Shown here: positions 9,503 to 17,980 of the stretch, piece after piece
How the letters are laid out: each line of letters opens with the position of its first letter
How positions within the stretch are numbered: the stretch's first letter is position 1
Source of the DNA: Dehalococcoidia bacterium
GTDB lineage: Bacteria; Chloroflexota; Dehalococcoidia; Lucifugimonadales; UBA3495
Assembly (NCBI GenBank): GCA_965203435.1
Contig: CBDBCU010000006.1
Location: forward strand, 38,028 to 102,027
Direction: 5' to 3'
Length of the DNA: 64,000 nt
Notes under the pieces: model-generated
Databases searched by the model: none
Seen by the model: only the letters and a program-made list of their open reading frames with translations
What the model was told of the DNA's origin: nothing
Program-made: the position numbers and the translations under genes

Positions 9503-10687
9503 ATGAAAACCATCCTTGCCCCCCTGCTGGCTTTGGCCTTGGCCGCGGCCTTGGTTGCCTGCGGTCAAGGGGAAAGCGCGCCCACGCCGGTTATCGTCGA
9601 ACGGGAAGTAGAGGTCATCCGCGAAGTAGAAGTGCCGGTCGAGGTCGTCCGCGAAGTGGAAGTGCCGGTAGAAGTCGTCCGCGAGGTAAAAGTGCCGGTG
9701 GTCGAGGAAGTAATCCGCGAGGTGCCGGTAGAAGTGCTGGTGACGGCTCCGGCGCTTACCCCAACGCCCTATCCCACGGCCACGCCGCGCCCTACCTACA
9801 CGCCCTATCCCACGCCGACTTTACCCCCGGAGCAGTTCCGCTGGCTGCGCTGCCACGACGACTATTGGATTAAGCGCACTCCGGAGGCTATCAACAGCGA
9901 GGGATACAATGGCTGCGCGGCGGCTACCCTGGACACCTTTGACTGGCTGGCTACCAGCGCCGCCGTCGAGCGCCGGCCGATTACCCTGCCCCACACCGGC
10001 GAGGTTATGCTCCTGATCGCCCGCGGCGCGGCCGCCGGTGCCGACTTTGCCCCTTTCGCTATGGATACTTTCGAGCAGGAAGTGCGCGCCATTGAGGATT
10101 ACCTGGGCCTGCCCTATCCCACCCGAACCTTGCGACTGGTATTTATCCCGCCCACCGACGAATATGCCGGCGCCTTTCATCCCGGCTATATTGCGGTGAA
10201 CTCCACCTGCGCCGCCTCCGCGTACTGCCTTTCGATTACCCTGTCCCACGAAGTAACCCATTACCATTTCAATACCACCTCAATGCTGATCCGCGAGGGG
10301 ACGGCGGTTTTCGTCGAGGATTATCTGCGCTACCAGCGGCACGGCGTAGCCGAAGGTCTGGCGATGGGGCCGGTTTTGACTGATGGCCGGCCGGAATGTG
10401 ACGGCTATAATCGCATCGGCAAATGGCTCGCCAGCGACCAGTCCGACTTGAGCTGCGCCTACTACTTCGGCCATGTCCTGTTCCATCAGCTGTACCTGGA
10501 TCTCGACGAAAGGGAATTCAAGGCCGGTCTCCGCCGCCTGAATCAAATAGTCTTGGACAGCACCGTCAACATCGTCCACGGCCATCACCGGATTTATGGC
10601 AATTTGCCGCCCACGACGCCCTTGCCGGAAGTGCGCGCGGCCTTTCCCAGCCCCCGCGCCCAGGAAACCATTGATTCCCTTTGGTAG
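9503..10687 (+). CDS. Lipoprotein with tandem VREVEVPVEV repeats and an HExxH motif (putative secreted metalloprotease)
   Basis: Signal peptide plus lipobox MKTILAPLLALALAAALVAC. 30-bp tandem repeats around 9593-9743. Pro/Thr linker. SHEVTHYHF near 10247-10270. Confidence 0.7.
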   Translation: MKTILAPLLALALAAALVACGQGESAPTPVIVEREVEVIREVEVPVEVVREVEVPVEVVREVKVPVVEEVIREVPVEVLVTAPALTPTPYPTATPRPTYTPYPTPTLPPEQFRWLRCHDDYWIKRTPEAINSEGYNGCAAATLDTFDWLATSAAVERRPITLPHTGEVMLLIARGAAAGADFAPFAMDTFEQEVRAIEDYLGLPYPTRTLRLVFIPPTDEYAGAFHPGYIAVNSTCAASAYCLSITLSHEVTHYHFNTTSMLIREGTAVFVEDYLRYQRHGVAEGLAMGPVLTDGRPECDGYNRIGKWLASDQSDLSCAYYFGHVLFHQLYLDLDEREFKAGLRRLNQIVLDSTVNIVHGHHRIYGNLPPTTPLPEVRAAFPSPRAQETIDSLW

Positions 10688-10782
10688 CGCCAAATCCAAG
10701 CCGTTGCGACTTTGCCGGCGGAAATAAATCCTTGCCCGGCATTAAGCGATTCAACCCGCCTTAAAGGAGTCCCGCCACAACT

Positions 10783-11535
10783 ATGGGAATGGAAATCATC
10801 ACTGACCCGCCGCGCCGCGCCCTGGTCGTTACCCCCCATCCCGATGACGCCGAGGGCGGCTGCGGCGCTACTATGGCGAAGTGGGTTAAGGAATCCGCAA
10901 CCCAAATCGTGGTAGCCCTGTGTACCAACGGCGACAAAGGCACTTCCGACCGGGCAATGGCCCCGGCCGCCCTGGCTGCAATCCGGGAACAGGAACAGCG
11001 CAACGCCGCCGAATACCTGGGCGTCCAAGAAGTGGTCTTTCTGCGTCATCCGGACGGCGGTCTGGAGGATACGATGCAATTTCGGGGGGAAGTAGTGCGG
11101 GAAATCCGCCGCCACCGCCCGGAAGTTATTTTCTGCATCGACCCTTACCGCATTAAAAGCCACACCCACCGCGACCACCGCATAAGCGGCCAGGTTGCTA
11201 TCGACGCCGCCTACACCTACGCCTGGAGCTACAATCAGTTTCCGGAGCAAATCACTGCGGAGGGGCTGCAACCCCACCGGGTCACCGCCGCCTATCTGTG
11301 GGGGACCGAGGATGCCGATGTTTTCGTCGCGGTCGACGATTATATCGAAAAGAAAGCCGAATCCCTCGGCCGCCACGCCAGCCAGATGCTGCGGCGCACC
11401 CCGGAGCAGCGCCTGGCGCGGATTAGGGAAAGCACCGCCCGCCAAGGCCAAGGGGTAGGATTGGCCCACGCCGAGGGTTTCCGCCGCCTATCCTTTAAGC
11501 CCGATTCCCTGGAATGGCGGCTCTTTAATTCCTGA
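10783..11535 (+). CDS. PIG-L/LmbE family deacetylase
   Basis: VVTPHPDDAEGGCGATMAKW is the family signature, with the HRDH motif later in the protein. Confidence 0.9.
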   Translation: MGMEIITDPPRRALVVTPHPDDAEGGCGATMAKWVKESATQIVVALCTNGDKGTSDRAMAPAALAAIREQEQRNAAEYLGVQEVVFLRHPDGGLEDTMQFRGEVVREIRRHRPEVIFCIDPYRIKSHTHRDHRISGQVAIDAAYTYAWSYNQFPEQITAEGLQPHRVTAAYLWGTEDADVFVAVDDYIEKKAESLGRHASQMLRRTPEQRLARIRESTARQGQGVGLAHAEGFRRLSFKPDSLEWRLFNS

Positions 11536-11549
11536 ACGGAATGGGCGGA

Positions 11550-11750
11550 TTCCGCTCATCCTGAACTTGTTGAAGGGTCATCCTGAACTTGTCGAAGTAC
11601 CGCCCTGACCTGTTGCCGGACTAACCGGCGGCCTGCAAAAGGAAACAAAATCCGCTCATCCTGAACTTGTTGAAGGATGGCACGCGGCCACTAAAGAGAA
11701 CCGCTCGGTTACGCGACATTCATCCTTCAACAAGTTCAGGATGAGCGGAA
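11550..11750. repeat. Cluster of family-B hairpin repeats, including an inverted copy
   Basis: Three direct (one partial) copies plus one reverse-complement copy (catccttcaacaagttcaggatgagcgg). Confidence 0.85.
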
Positions 11751-11766
11751 TAAGGAAACCTCCCCC

Positions 11767-12789
11767 CTACCCCCCCTCCTGCAACTGCCGGATTATCCGC
11801 CGCCATTCCCGTTCCTCAGCCGGGCCGGCCGGAGTTGCCGCCAGGCTTACCGTGTCCACCAGTCCCCGATAGCGGGCCAGCACTTTGTCCGCAATTTCAT
11901 CATAATCCCCGATGACGGCAAAGGCATCCAGCATTTCAGCGCTGACCAAATCGCCCATTTCCGCCCATTTGCCCTCCCGGGACAACTGATGCAACCGCGG
12001 CCCCACTTCCGCAAAGCCGTGACCTTCCAACACCGGAAAATAGGTGGGGGTCGAGGCATAAAAGGCAATGCGCCGCCGGGTTTCCTGCACCGCCGCCTGC
12101 CGGGCCGCCGGATTGCGCCCGGCCACGATAAACCCGCCGCCGCTTACTGCAATATCCGCCGGATTGCGCCCGGCCCTTTCCGCTCCGGCCCGCAGGTGGG
12201 GCAATGCCACCTGCCGCACATATTCCGCCGAAGTAAAGGTATGCAGGACCAGCCCGTCGCTTACTTCCCCGGCCACCCGGCAGTTATACCCGTTCACCGC
12301 CGCATTGCAAATCGGCGGCGGCGGATATTGCCCCGGCCCGGGATTGAAAAAGGGCGTCATCAGGGAAAAGCGGTAGAACCGGCCGGGAAAATCCAGCCGT
12401 TCCCCGGTATCCCAGCAGCGCCAGATATGCCGCAGGGCTTGAATATACTCCCGCAGCTTGGGGCCGGGCGCGGCCCAAGGCGTGGCAAACCGCCGCTCAA
12501 TATGCCCCTTGACCTGCGTCCCCAAGCCCAGCCGAAACCGCCCGCCGGACAAATCCTGCAAATCCCGGGCGGTATAAGCCACCACCATCGGCGAGCGGGG
12601 AAAAGCGATGGCGACCTGGGTTTCCAGCGTAACCCGCGCCGTGGCCGTGGCGGCCAGCGTCAAGGCCATAAAGGGGTCGTGGGCCGTGTCGCTGCTGGAT
12701 ACCCCGTCATAGCCCATATTTTCGGCCCAAGCCGCTTCCGCCGCCACCGCCGCTACCGACCGATTGCTCAAAGGATAAGTTACCCGCAT
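11767..12789 (-). CDS. LLM-class (luciferase-like) F420/flavin-dependent oxidoreductase
   Basis: 340 aa with luciferase-like monooxygenase fold motifs (GYDGVSSSDTAHDPF..., RFRLGLGTQVKGH). Confidence 0.85.
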   Translation of the reverse strand: MRVTYPLSNRSVAAVAAEAAWAENMGYDGVSSSDTAHDPFMALTLAATATARVTLETQVAIAFPRSPMVVAYTARDLQDLSGGRFRLGLGTQVKGHIERRFATPWAAPGPKLREYIQALRHIWRCWDTGERLDFPGRFYRFSLMTPFFNPGPGQYPPPPICNAAVNGYNCRVAGEVSDGLVLHTFTSAEYVRQVALPHLRAGAERAGRNPADIAVSGGGFIVAGRNPAARQAAVQETRRRIAFYASTPTYFPVLEGHGFAEVGPRLHQLSREGKWAEMGDLVSAEMLDAFAVIGDYDEIADKVLARYRGLVDTVSLAATPAGPAEEREWRRIIRQLQEGG

Positions 12790-12795
12790 GGCTGC

Positions 12796-13158
12796 CTATT
12801 CTCCGGCGGCGGCGGCCAATTCCTGATAGAGCCGGTCGGTCTTGGCCGCCATAATGAAATCGTTGCGGTGCAGGTTGCGGATTTTGTGCGTCCACCAGGT
12901 TACGCCCACCCGCCCCCACTCGGTAACGACCCGGGGATGATGCCCCTCGGCCTCGGCCAACTCGCCGACGGCATTGCTGAAAGCCAGGGCCTGCCGAAAG
13001 TTCTGAAAGCGGAAAACCCGATCCAGCTGGGGAATGCCCGCCGCGTCCCGCAGTTCCCACTCGGCCACCGTCGGATGCAGCGCGCCGATTTCCTCCGCCG
13101 TCACCGCCGGCGAATCCCGCCGGCAGGCTACGCACCTTTCCTGATAAAGCTCGTTCAT
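12796..13158 (-). CDS. 4a-hydroxytetrahydrobiopterin (pterin-4a-carbinolamine) dehydratase
   Basis: FQNFRQALAFSNAVGELAEAEGHHP...W.THKIRNLHRNDF is the PCD signature. ATG at 13156-13158 with AGGAGGGG upstream. Confidence 0.9.
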   Translation of the reverse strand: MNELYQERCVACRRDSPAVTAEEIGALHPTVAEWELRDAAGIPQLDRVFRFQNFRQALAFSNAVGELAEAEGHHPRVVTEWGRVGVTWWTHKIRNLHRNDFIMAAKTDRLYQELAAAAGE

Positions 13159-13220
13159 TGCCCCTCCTGTCCAAGAATGTTGGGAAACATTGTAGCACAT
13201 ACCCGGCTATTGCCACTGCC

Positions 13221-13330
13221 CCCCTACCGTCCTTCCCGCGTAAGCGGGAATCCCGACGGTACTGCCAAAGACTTGCCCACTACCAATCGGGCATTTCGGG
13301 ATTCCCGCTTACGCGGGAATGACGGTGGGG
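13221..13330. repeat. Family-A nested-palindrome element, full copy
   Basis: cccctaccgtccttcccgcgtaagcgggaatcccga ... tcgggattcccgcttacgcgggaatgacggtgggg. Confidence 0.85.
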
Positions 13331-13377
13331 GTATATGCTACAATAGGAAAAACCGCAAACCGGAGGCAACCGAAATT

Positions 13378-13920
13378 ATGACCCTCAACCCCAACGACAA
13401 CGCCGGCGACAGCCTGCCGGCGGTGGAACATCACCGCAAAACCAGCCGGCGGCTGATCCGGCAGGCCGGCTACGAACTGGAAAAGCGCGGCGACCGGGTG
13501 CAAGCCTGTGACAAGGCATCCGGCGCCGTAGCCCACGGGGTCAAGGCCGTGGCCGAATCCCGCTATTGGCGCAGCGATTCCCACAACCACCGCCGGCGGA
13601 TTGTAAATCTGCTGGCCGTCGAGTACGCCCTGCCGGATTTGCCGGCGATGCAGAACGCCGCCGACCATCTGCACAACAACTATTACGAGGACTTGATGTA
13701 CGAGTGGGAGGTGCAGGATCGGCTGGCGTTTCTGGCCGACCAGCTGGCAACCTTTATGGCCCTGCTGGCGCGGGAGCCCAATCCCGACTTCGTACCGGAC
13801 TCGCAGCAGGAGCGGATGCTGACCCGCCTGCGCTTGACCGCCGAGGAAATCGCCGACCTGCGGGCTATGGAATATCCGCCCCCGCCGCCGGAGGATGGGG
13901 ATTTGCCGGAGGAGGATTAG
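13378..13920 (+). CDS. Hypothetical protein, PaREP1/HEPN-like helical N-terminal domain with acidic tail
   Basis: GGAGG upstream of the ATG at 13378. RVQACDKASGAVAHGVKAVAESRYWRSDSHNH resembles the PaREP1 pattern (low certainty). The 643-aa track ORF (11989-13920) is an antisense artefact apart from this tail. Confidence 0.6.
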   Translation: MTLNPNDNAGDSLPAVEHHRKTSRRLIRQAGYELEKRGDRVQACDKASGAVAHGVKAVAESRYWRSDSHNHRRRIVNLLAVEYALPDLPAMQNAADHLHNNYYEDLMYEWEVQDRLAFLADQLATFMALLAREPNPDFVPDSQQERMLTRLRLTAEEIADLRAMEYPPPPPEDGDLPEED

Positions 13921-13933
13921 GGCGGCGGCCCCT

Positions 13934-14045
13934 TTCTACCGTCATTCCCGCGTAGGCGGGAATCCCGCAGTGGTTTGCCGAGGATGAGGAATTATAAGGT
14001 AGTACCGTTCGGGATTCCCGCTTGCGTGGGAAGGACGGTGGGAGG
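13934..14045. repeat. Family-A nested-palindrome element, full copy (degenerate right arm)
   Basis: ttctaccgtcattcccgcgtaggcgggaatcccg ... cgggattcccgcttgcgtgggaaggacggtgggagg. Confidence 0.8.
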
Positions 14046-14063
14046 CCGTAGCCACCCTGAAAT

Positions 14064-14152
14064 GTCATTCCGAGCGTAGCCGAGGAATCTGAAAGTCTTG
14101 AAATGGAGTCTGGGTCGGGCATTTTAGATTCCTCGGCTACGCTCGGAATGAC
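14064..14152. repeat. Variant inverted-repeat element (arms gtcattccgagcgtagccgaggaatct / agattcctcggctacgctcggaatgac)
   Basis: Perfect 27-nt terminal inverted repeats around a 35-nt spacer. Shares the gtcattcc...ggaat frame of family A. Confidence 0.8.
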
Positions 14153-14260
14153 ATCATAGAGTAGTTGCGGATTGGCAATATGCCCGCCCCTAATATGCTA
14201 CAATAGACCTCGCCTTGTCCCTATAGCCCTTATTTTGTCCCGGAGGTAGCAGGAGCGGCG

Positions 14261-14506
14261 ATGCAGACTTATGTTTTCAAGGTAACAGTGGAGCCGGACG
14301 AGGAGCGCTGGCAGGCCGACTGCCCGGCCTTGCAGGAACACGGGGCCTACACTTGGGGTTATACCCGGGAGGAGGCCCTGGGGAACATCCAGGAAGTTAT
14401 CGGGATAATCCTGGCGGAGTTGGTCGAGGATGGCTTGCCCATCCCGGGGGAGCCGGCGGACCTCCCCTTGGCCGCCCCGGAACAGCGGGTAGCGGTATCC
14501 GCCTGA
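14261..14506 (+). CDS. hicB: Type II toxin-antitoxin system HicB-family antitoxin (short form)
   Basis: YVFKVTVEPDEERWQADCPALQEHGAYTWGYTREEALGNIQEVI is the UPF0150/HicB N-domain pattern. 1-nt gap to hicA. Confidence 0.85.
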   Translation: MQTYVFKVTVEPDEERWQADCPALQEHGAYTWGYTREEALGNIQEVIGIILAELVEDGLPIPGEPADLPLAAPEQRVAVSA

Positions 14507-14507
14507 A

Positions 14508-14753
14508 GTGAGCATCGCCTGGAGTCGGCTGCGCGGCTTAACGGCCCGGGAACTTACCCGCGCCCTGATTCGGGACGGGTTCCATTTGCGCCGCCAAACC
14601 GGCAGCCATCAGCATTACCAGCACCCGGATGGGCGTAAGGTTATGGTGGCCTTTCACCGCTCCGGGGAAACCTTTCCTATGGATACCCTCCGGAAAATGA
14701 TTCGCGGCGCCCGCTGGACGCCGGCGGATTTGACCCGTTTGGGTTTGTATTAG
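14508..14753 (+). CDS. hicA: Type II toxin-antitoxin system HicA-family toxin
   Basis: LTARELTRALIRDGFHLRRQTGSHQHYQHPDGRKVMVAFHRSGETFPMDTLRKMI is the HicA/YcfA pattern. GTG start. Confidence 0.85.
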   Translation: MSIAWSRLRGLTARELTRALIRDGFHLRRQTGSHQHYQHPDGRKVMVAFHRSGETFPMDTLRKMIRGARWTPADLTRLGLY

Positions 14754-14876
14754 CCCCGGGGCAATGGCATTATAAAGGCGATTGCCCGGTCAATCCCCCA
14801 ACCCCCCTTGCCCCATCCGCCGCTATCCGCTATAGTCAACTTGGTAAAACTGGAACCGGGCCGGAGGTGCGGAAAG

Positions 14877-15704
14877 ATGATTTTTGGCGCAATCACCAAT
14901 TCCTGGCGCAGTCAGTTGGCTGACCAGAGTTTGACCGAACTTATTACCGAAGCCGCGGCCCGGGGTTCCCGGCACATTGAACTGCGGCAAACCTGCCTCG
15001 GCGATGGCGAAAGCGGCCAGGGCGCGGACTGGCGGCCCAATTTGCCCGCTTTGCAGGCGGTGGCGGATGCCTTTCCCGCCCTGACCTTTGACTTGGCGAT
15101 GGCTTTCCCCTGCTTGACCGTCCCCGCCGACCCGGAGGGCGAGCAGTTTCAGCAGGCTTTGGCCGGGGCTAAAATCGTGGGCCGGGATACGCCGCACTTG
15201 CGGATGGTCGACCCGGTTTCCTTTGACGCCGCGTGGGAAAAAGCCGAGGATTTGCCCCCGGCGGCCTTGGGCGTAGCCGCCTTGGCCCGGGAAGCGGCCC
15301 GCCAGGGCGTCATCCTTTCTATGGAAAACTCCGGCCAGCCCATCGGCAGTATGGCCCTGCTAGTAGAGGAATGTCGCGCCCGAATGACGCCCGAATCCGC
15401 CGCTTATCTGGGCTTGTGTCCCGATCCGGTCAATCAGCTGCGCCGTTTCCCCCAGCGCGACGCCCTGGCCGAGCTGGACGCCTTGCCGCTGGATGTGCTG
15501 AAAATCGTCCACTTCAAGCAGACCCGGGAGGGCAATCCCCACCCCACGGTGGACGACGGCGATTTGGATTGCCGCCAGATGCTGCGGCTACTCGCGGCCA
15601 AAAACTACCAGGGGCCGGCCATAATGGAAATCCCGCCGCATCCGGAAGTCTTTGCCAACCTGACCGCCAGCTATAATTACCTGCGTCAAGGTGTAGATGA
15701 TTAG
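14877..15704 (+). CDS. Sugar phosphate isomerase/epimerase (xylose-isomerase-like TIM barrel)
   Basis: ATG at 14877 with GGAGGTG upstream. N-terminus MIFGAITNSW...HIELRQ and ...IMEIPPHP are typical of the family. Confidence 0.75.
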   Translation: MIFGAITNSWRSQLADQSLTELITEAAARGSRHIELRQTCLGDGESGQGADWRPNLPALQAVADAFPALTFDLAMAFPCLTVPADPEGEQFQQALAGAKIVGRDTPHLRMVDPVSFDAAWEKAEDLPPAALGVAALAREAARQGVILSMENSGQPIGSMALLVEECRARMTPESAAYLGLCPDPVNQLRRFPQRDALAELDALPLDVLKIVHFKQTREGNPHPTVDDGDLDCRQMLRLLAAKNYQGPAIMEIPPHPEVFANLTASYNYLRQGVDD

Positions 15705-15773
15705 AGACTGCCGGCGGCGGCTAGACCGGAGGGCAGTAACCCTCGCCCCCAGCCATGCTATACTGATACCGAC

Positions 15774-17156
15774 TTGCCCATTCCACCGGGAGCCAATCAT
15801 CCGCCCGTGACCGACTACAGCAACTACACCGTATCCATTCACTACGACCGCCGCCTGTATCGGCAGGATATTGCCGGTTCTATGGCCCACGCCCGGATGT
15901 TGGCCCGCCAGGGCATCATTCTCCTGGAGGACGCTGAGGCCATTATCTCCGGCTTGCAAACCATCCAGGCCGAAATTGCGGCCGGCGATTTTCCCTGGGA
16001 TCCGGCCCTCGAAGACCTGCACATGAACATTGAGCGGCGGTTGACCCAGCTAATTGGCCCCGCCGGCGGCCGCCTGCACACCGGCCGCTCCCGCAACGAC
16101 CAGATGGCCCTCGACCTCCGCCTCTACACTAGGGAAATCATTGCGGACACCTTGACCGCCCTGCGCGGCGTCCAGCAATCCTTGTTGACTCTGGCCGAAA
16201 AGTATGAGGGCGTACTGATTCCCGGCTATACCCACTTGCAGCGGGCGCAGCCGGTCTTGTTTGCCCACCATCTGCTGGCCTACTTTCAGATGTTCCAACG
16301 GGATAGCGCCCGATTCCGGGACTGCCGCCGCCGGGTCAACATAATGCCCCTGGGCAGCGGCGCTTTGGCCGGCGTTCCCTATCCTACCGACCGGGATTTT
16401 CTGGCTCAGGAACTGGATTTCCCGGAAATCACCGCCAACAGTATGGACGCCGTTTCCGACCGGGATTTTCTCCTGGAATATCAGGCCGCCGCATCCATCT
16501 GTATGCTGCACCTTTCCCGCCTTTCCGAGGAACTGGTATTGTGGGCCAGCCGGGAGTTCAACCTGATCCGCCTCTCCGACGCATTCACTACCGGCAGCAG
16601 CATTATGCCGCAGAAGCGCAATCCGGATTTTGCCGAGCTGGCCCGGGGCAAAACCGGCCGGGTGTACGGCCATCTGCTGGCCCTGCTGACCCTGCTGAAA
16701 GGGCTGCCGCTGACCTATAACCGGGATTTGCAGGAGGATAAGGAAGGCTTTTTTGACACGGTGGACACCCTGCTGTCCACCCTGGCGGTGTTTCGGGATA
16801 TGCTGGCCGGGCTGACCCTGAATGTGGCGCAGGCCGCCCGGATGGCCGGGGAAAGCTATATGCTGGCGACCGATTTAGCCGATTATCTGGTGGGCCGGGG
16901 CGTGCCGTTCCGGGAAGCCCACGGCGTTATGCGCCAACTCTGCGCCTGGTGCGAAACCGAAGGCCGGGAACTGGCCGCTTTGTCGCTAGAGGAATACCAT
17001 CGCTTTTCCCCCCACTTTGACGCCGGGGTGTATAATATCACCGCCGCCGCCGCCGTGGCGGCCCGGGACAATCCCGGCGGCACCGCCCCTAATCGGGTGG
17101 CCGAGCAGCTGCGCCAAGCCAGGGAATTGCTGGCGGCGGAATCCGATGACTGCTGA
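15774..17156 (+). CDS. argH: Argininosuccinate lyase (short N-terminus)
   Basis: HTGRSRNDQ, GYTHLQRAQP and GSSIMPQKRNPD signatures. The usual N-terminal WGGRF block is absent and there is an in-frame stop upstream of the TTG at 15774. Confidence 0.9.
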   Translation: MPIPPGANHPPVTDYSNYTVSIHYDRRLYRQDIAGSMAHARMLARQGIILLEDAEAIISGLQTIQAEIAAGDFPWDPALEDLHMNIERRLTQLIGPAGGRLHTGRSRNDQMALDLRLYTREIIADTLTALRGVQQSLLTLAEKYEGVLIPGYTHLQRAQPVLFAHHLLAYFQMFQRDSARFRDCRRRVNIMPLGSGALAGVPYPTDRDFLAQELDFPEITANSMDAVSDRDFLLEYQAAASICMLHLSRLSEELVLWASREFNLIRLSDAFTTGSSIMPQKRNPDFAELARGKTGRVYGHLLALLTLLKGLPLTYNRDLQEDKEGFFDTVDTLLSTLAVFRDMLAGLTLNVAQAARMAGESYMLATDLADYLVGRGVPFREAHGVMRQLCAWCETEGRELAALSLEEYHRFSPHFDAGVYNITAAAAVAARDNPGGTAPNRVAEQLRQARELLAAESDDC

Positions 17157-17835
17157 AACCCCCATCCAAATTGCCCCGTCTATTCTGGCCGCCGATTTTG
17201 CCCGCTTGGGGCAGCAGGTAGCGGAAGCCACTGCCGCCGGGGCTGACCTGCTCCATATCGATGTGATGGACGGCCGCTTTGTGCCGAACATTTCCTTTGG
17301 CGAAGTAGTGATTGACGCCGTCCGCCGCCACACCGCCCTGCCTTTGAACCTGCACCTGATGATTGAGGAGCCGACCGCCCTGCTGCCGGCTTTTCTCAAA
17401 TCGGCGACGGATCAGGTAATTATCCACGCCGAAGCCTGCACCCACCTGCACCGCGCCGTCTTTCAGATTAAGGAACAGGGCGCGCAAGTGGGCGTGGCAA
17501 TCAACCCGGCCACCCCCATCGCCGCCATTGAGGAAGTGCTGCCCGATTTGGATTTGGCCCTGGTGATGACCGTTAACCCCGGCTTTGGCGGCCAGAGTTT
17601 CATCCCCTCGACCCTGGACAAAGTGCGGCGGCTAAGCCAAATCATCCGCAGCAAAGGCTACCCTTGCCAAGTGGAAGTGGATGGCGGCGTCAAAGCCGAT
17701 TGGACGGCCCAGGAATCGGTAAAAGCTGGGGCCACGATTCTGGTTGCCGGCACCGCCATTTACAATCAAGAGGAAACCGTGCCGGCCGCGTTGACCCGCC
17801 TGCGAAACTGCCTGCACGGGTTAAAAGCGGAATAG
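17146..17835 (+). CDS. rpe: Ribulose-phosphate 3-epimerase
   Basis: IAPSILAADFARLGQQV...LHIDVMDGRFVPNISFG...MTVNPGFGGQSF. The ATG at 17146 overlaps the argH stop by 11 nt. Confidence 0.93.
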   Translation: MTAETPIQIAPSILAADFARLGQQVAEATAAGADLLHIDVMDGRFVPNISFGEVVIDAVRRHTALPLNLHLMIEEPTALLPAFLKSATDQVIIHAEACTHLHRAVFQIKEQGAQVGVAINPATPIAAIEEVLPDLDLALVMTVNPGFGGQSFIPSTLDKVRRLSQIIRSKGYPCQVEVDGGVKADWTAQESVKAGATILVAGTAIYNQEETVPAALTRLRNCLHGLKAE

Positions 17836-17867
17836 GCCGGGCAATCGCCTATCCCGGACAACCGGCC

Positions 17868-17962
17868 CACCGTCATTCCCCATCCCCCCACCGTCATTCC
17901 CGCGTAAGCGGGAATCCAGAGTCCGCGGCCTTTGGGGATTCCCGCCTGCGCGGGAATGACGG
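17868..17962. repeat. Family-A element, half copy plus short full copy
   Basis: caccgtcattcccgcgtaagcgggaatccaga ... ggggattcccgcctgcgcgggaatgacgg with only about a 16-nt spacer. Confidence 0.8.
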
Positions 17963-17980
17963 TTTCCAGCCGCCCAGCCC

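Noticed and set aside
9087-9568. ORF-track entries overlapping the repeats (for example 9087-9503, 9230-9568, 1630-1908, 26263-26466, 39145-39462, 46851-47094, 60860-61069 and 62013-62204).
   Set aside because: Their sequences are translations of family-A and family-B repeats (recurring PSFPRKRES, RLRGNDG, ILQQVQDER, AHPELVEGW peptides). They have no independent coding signal.
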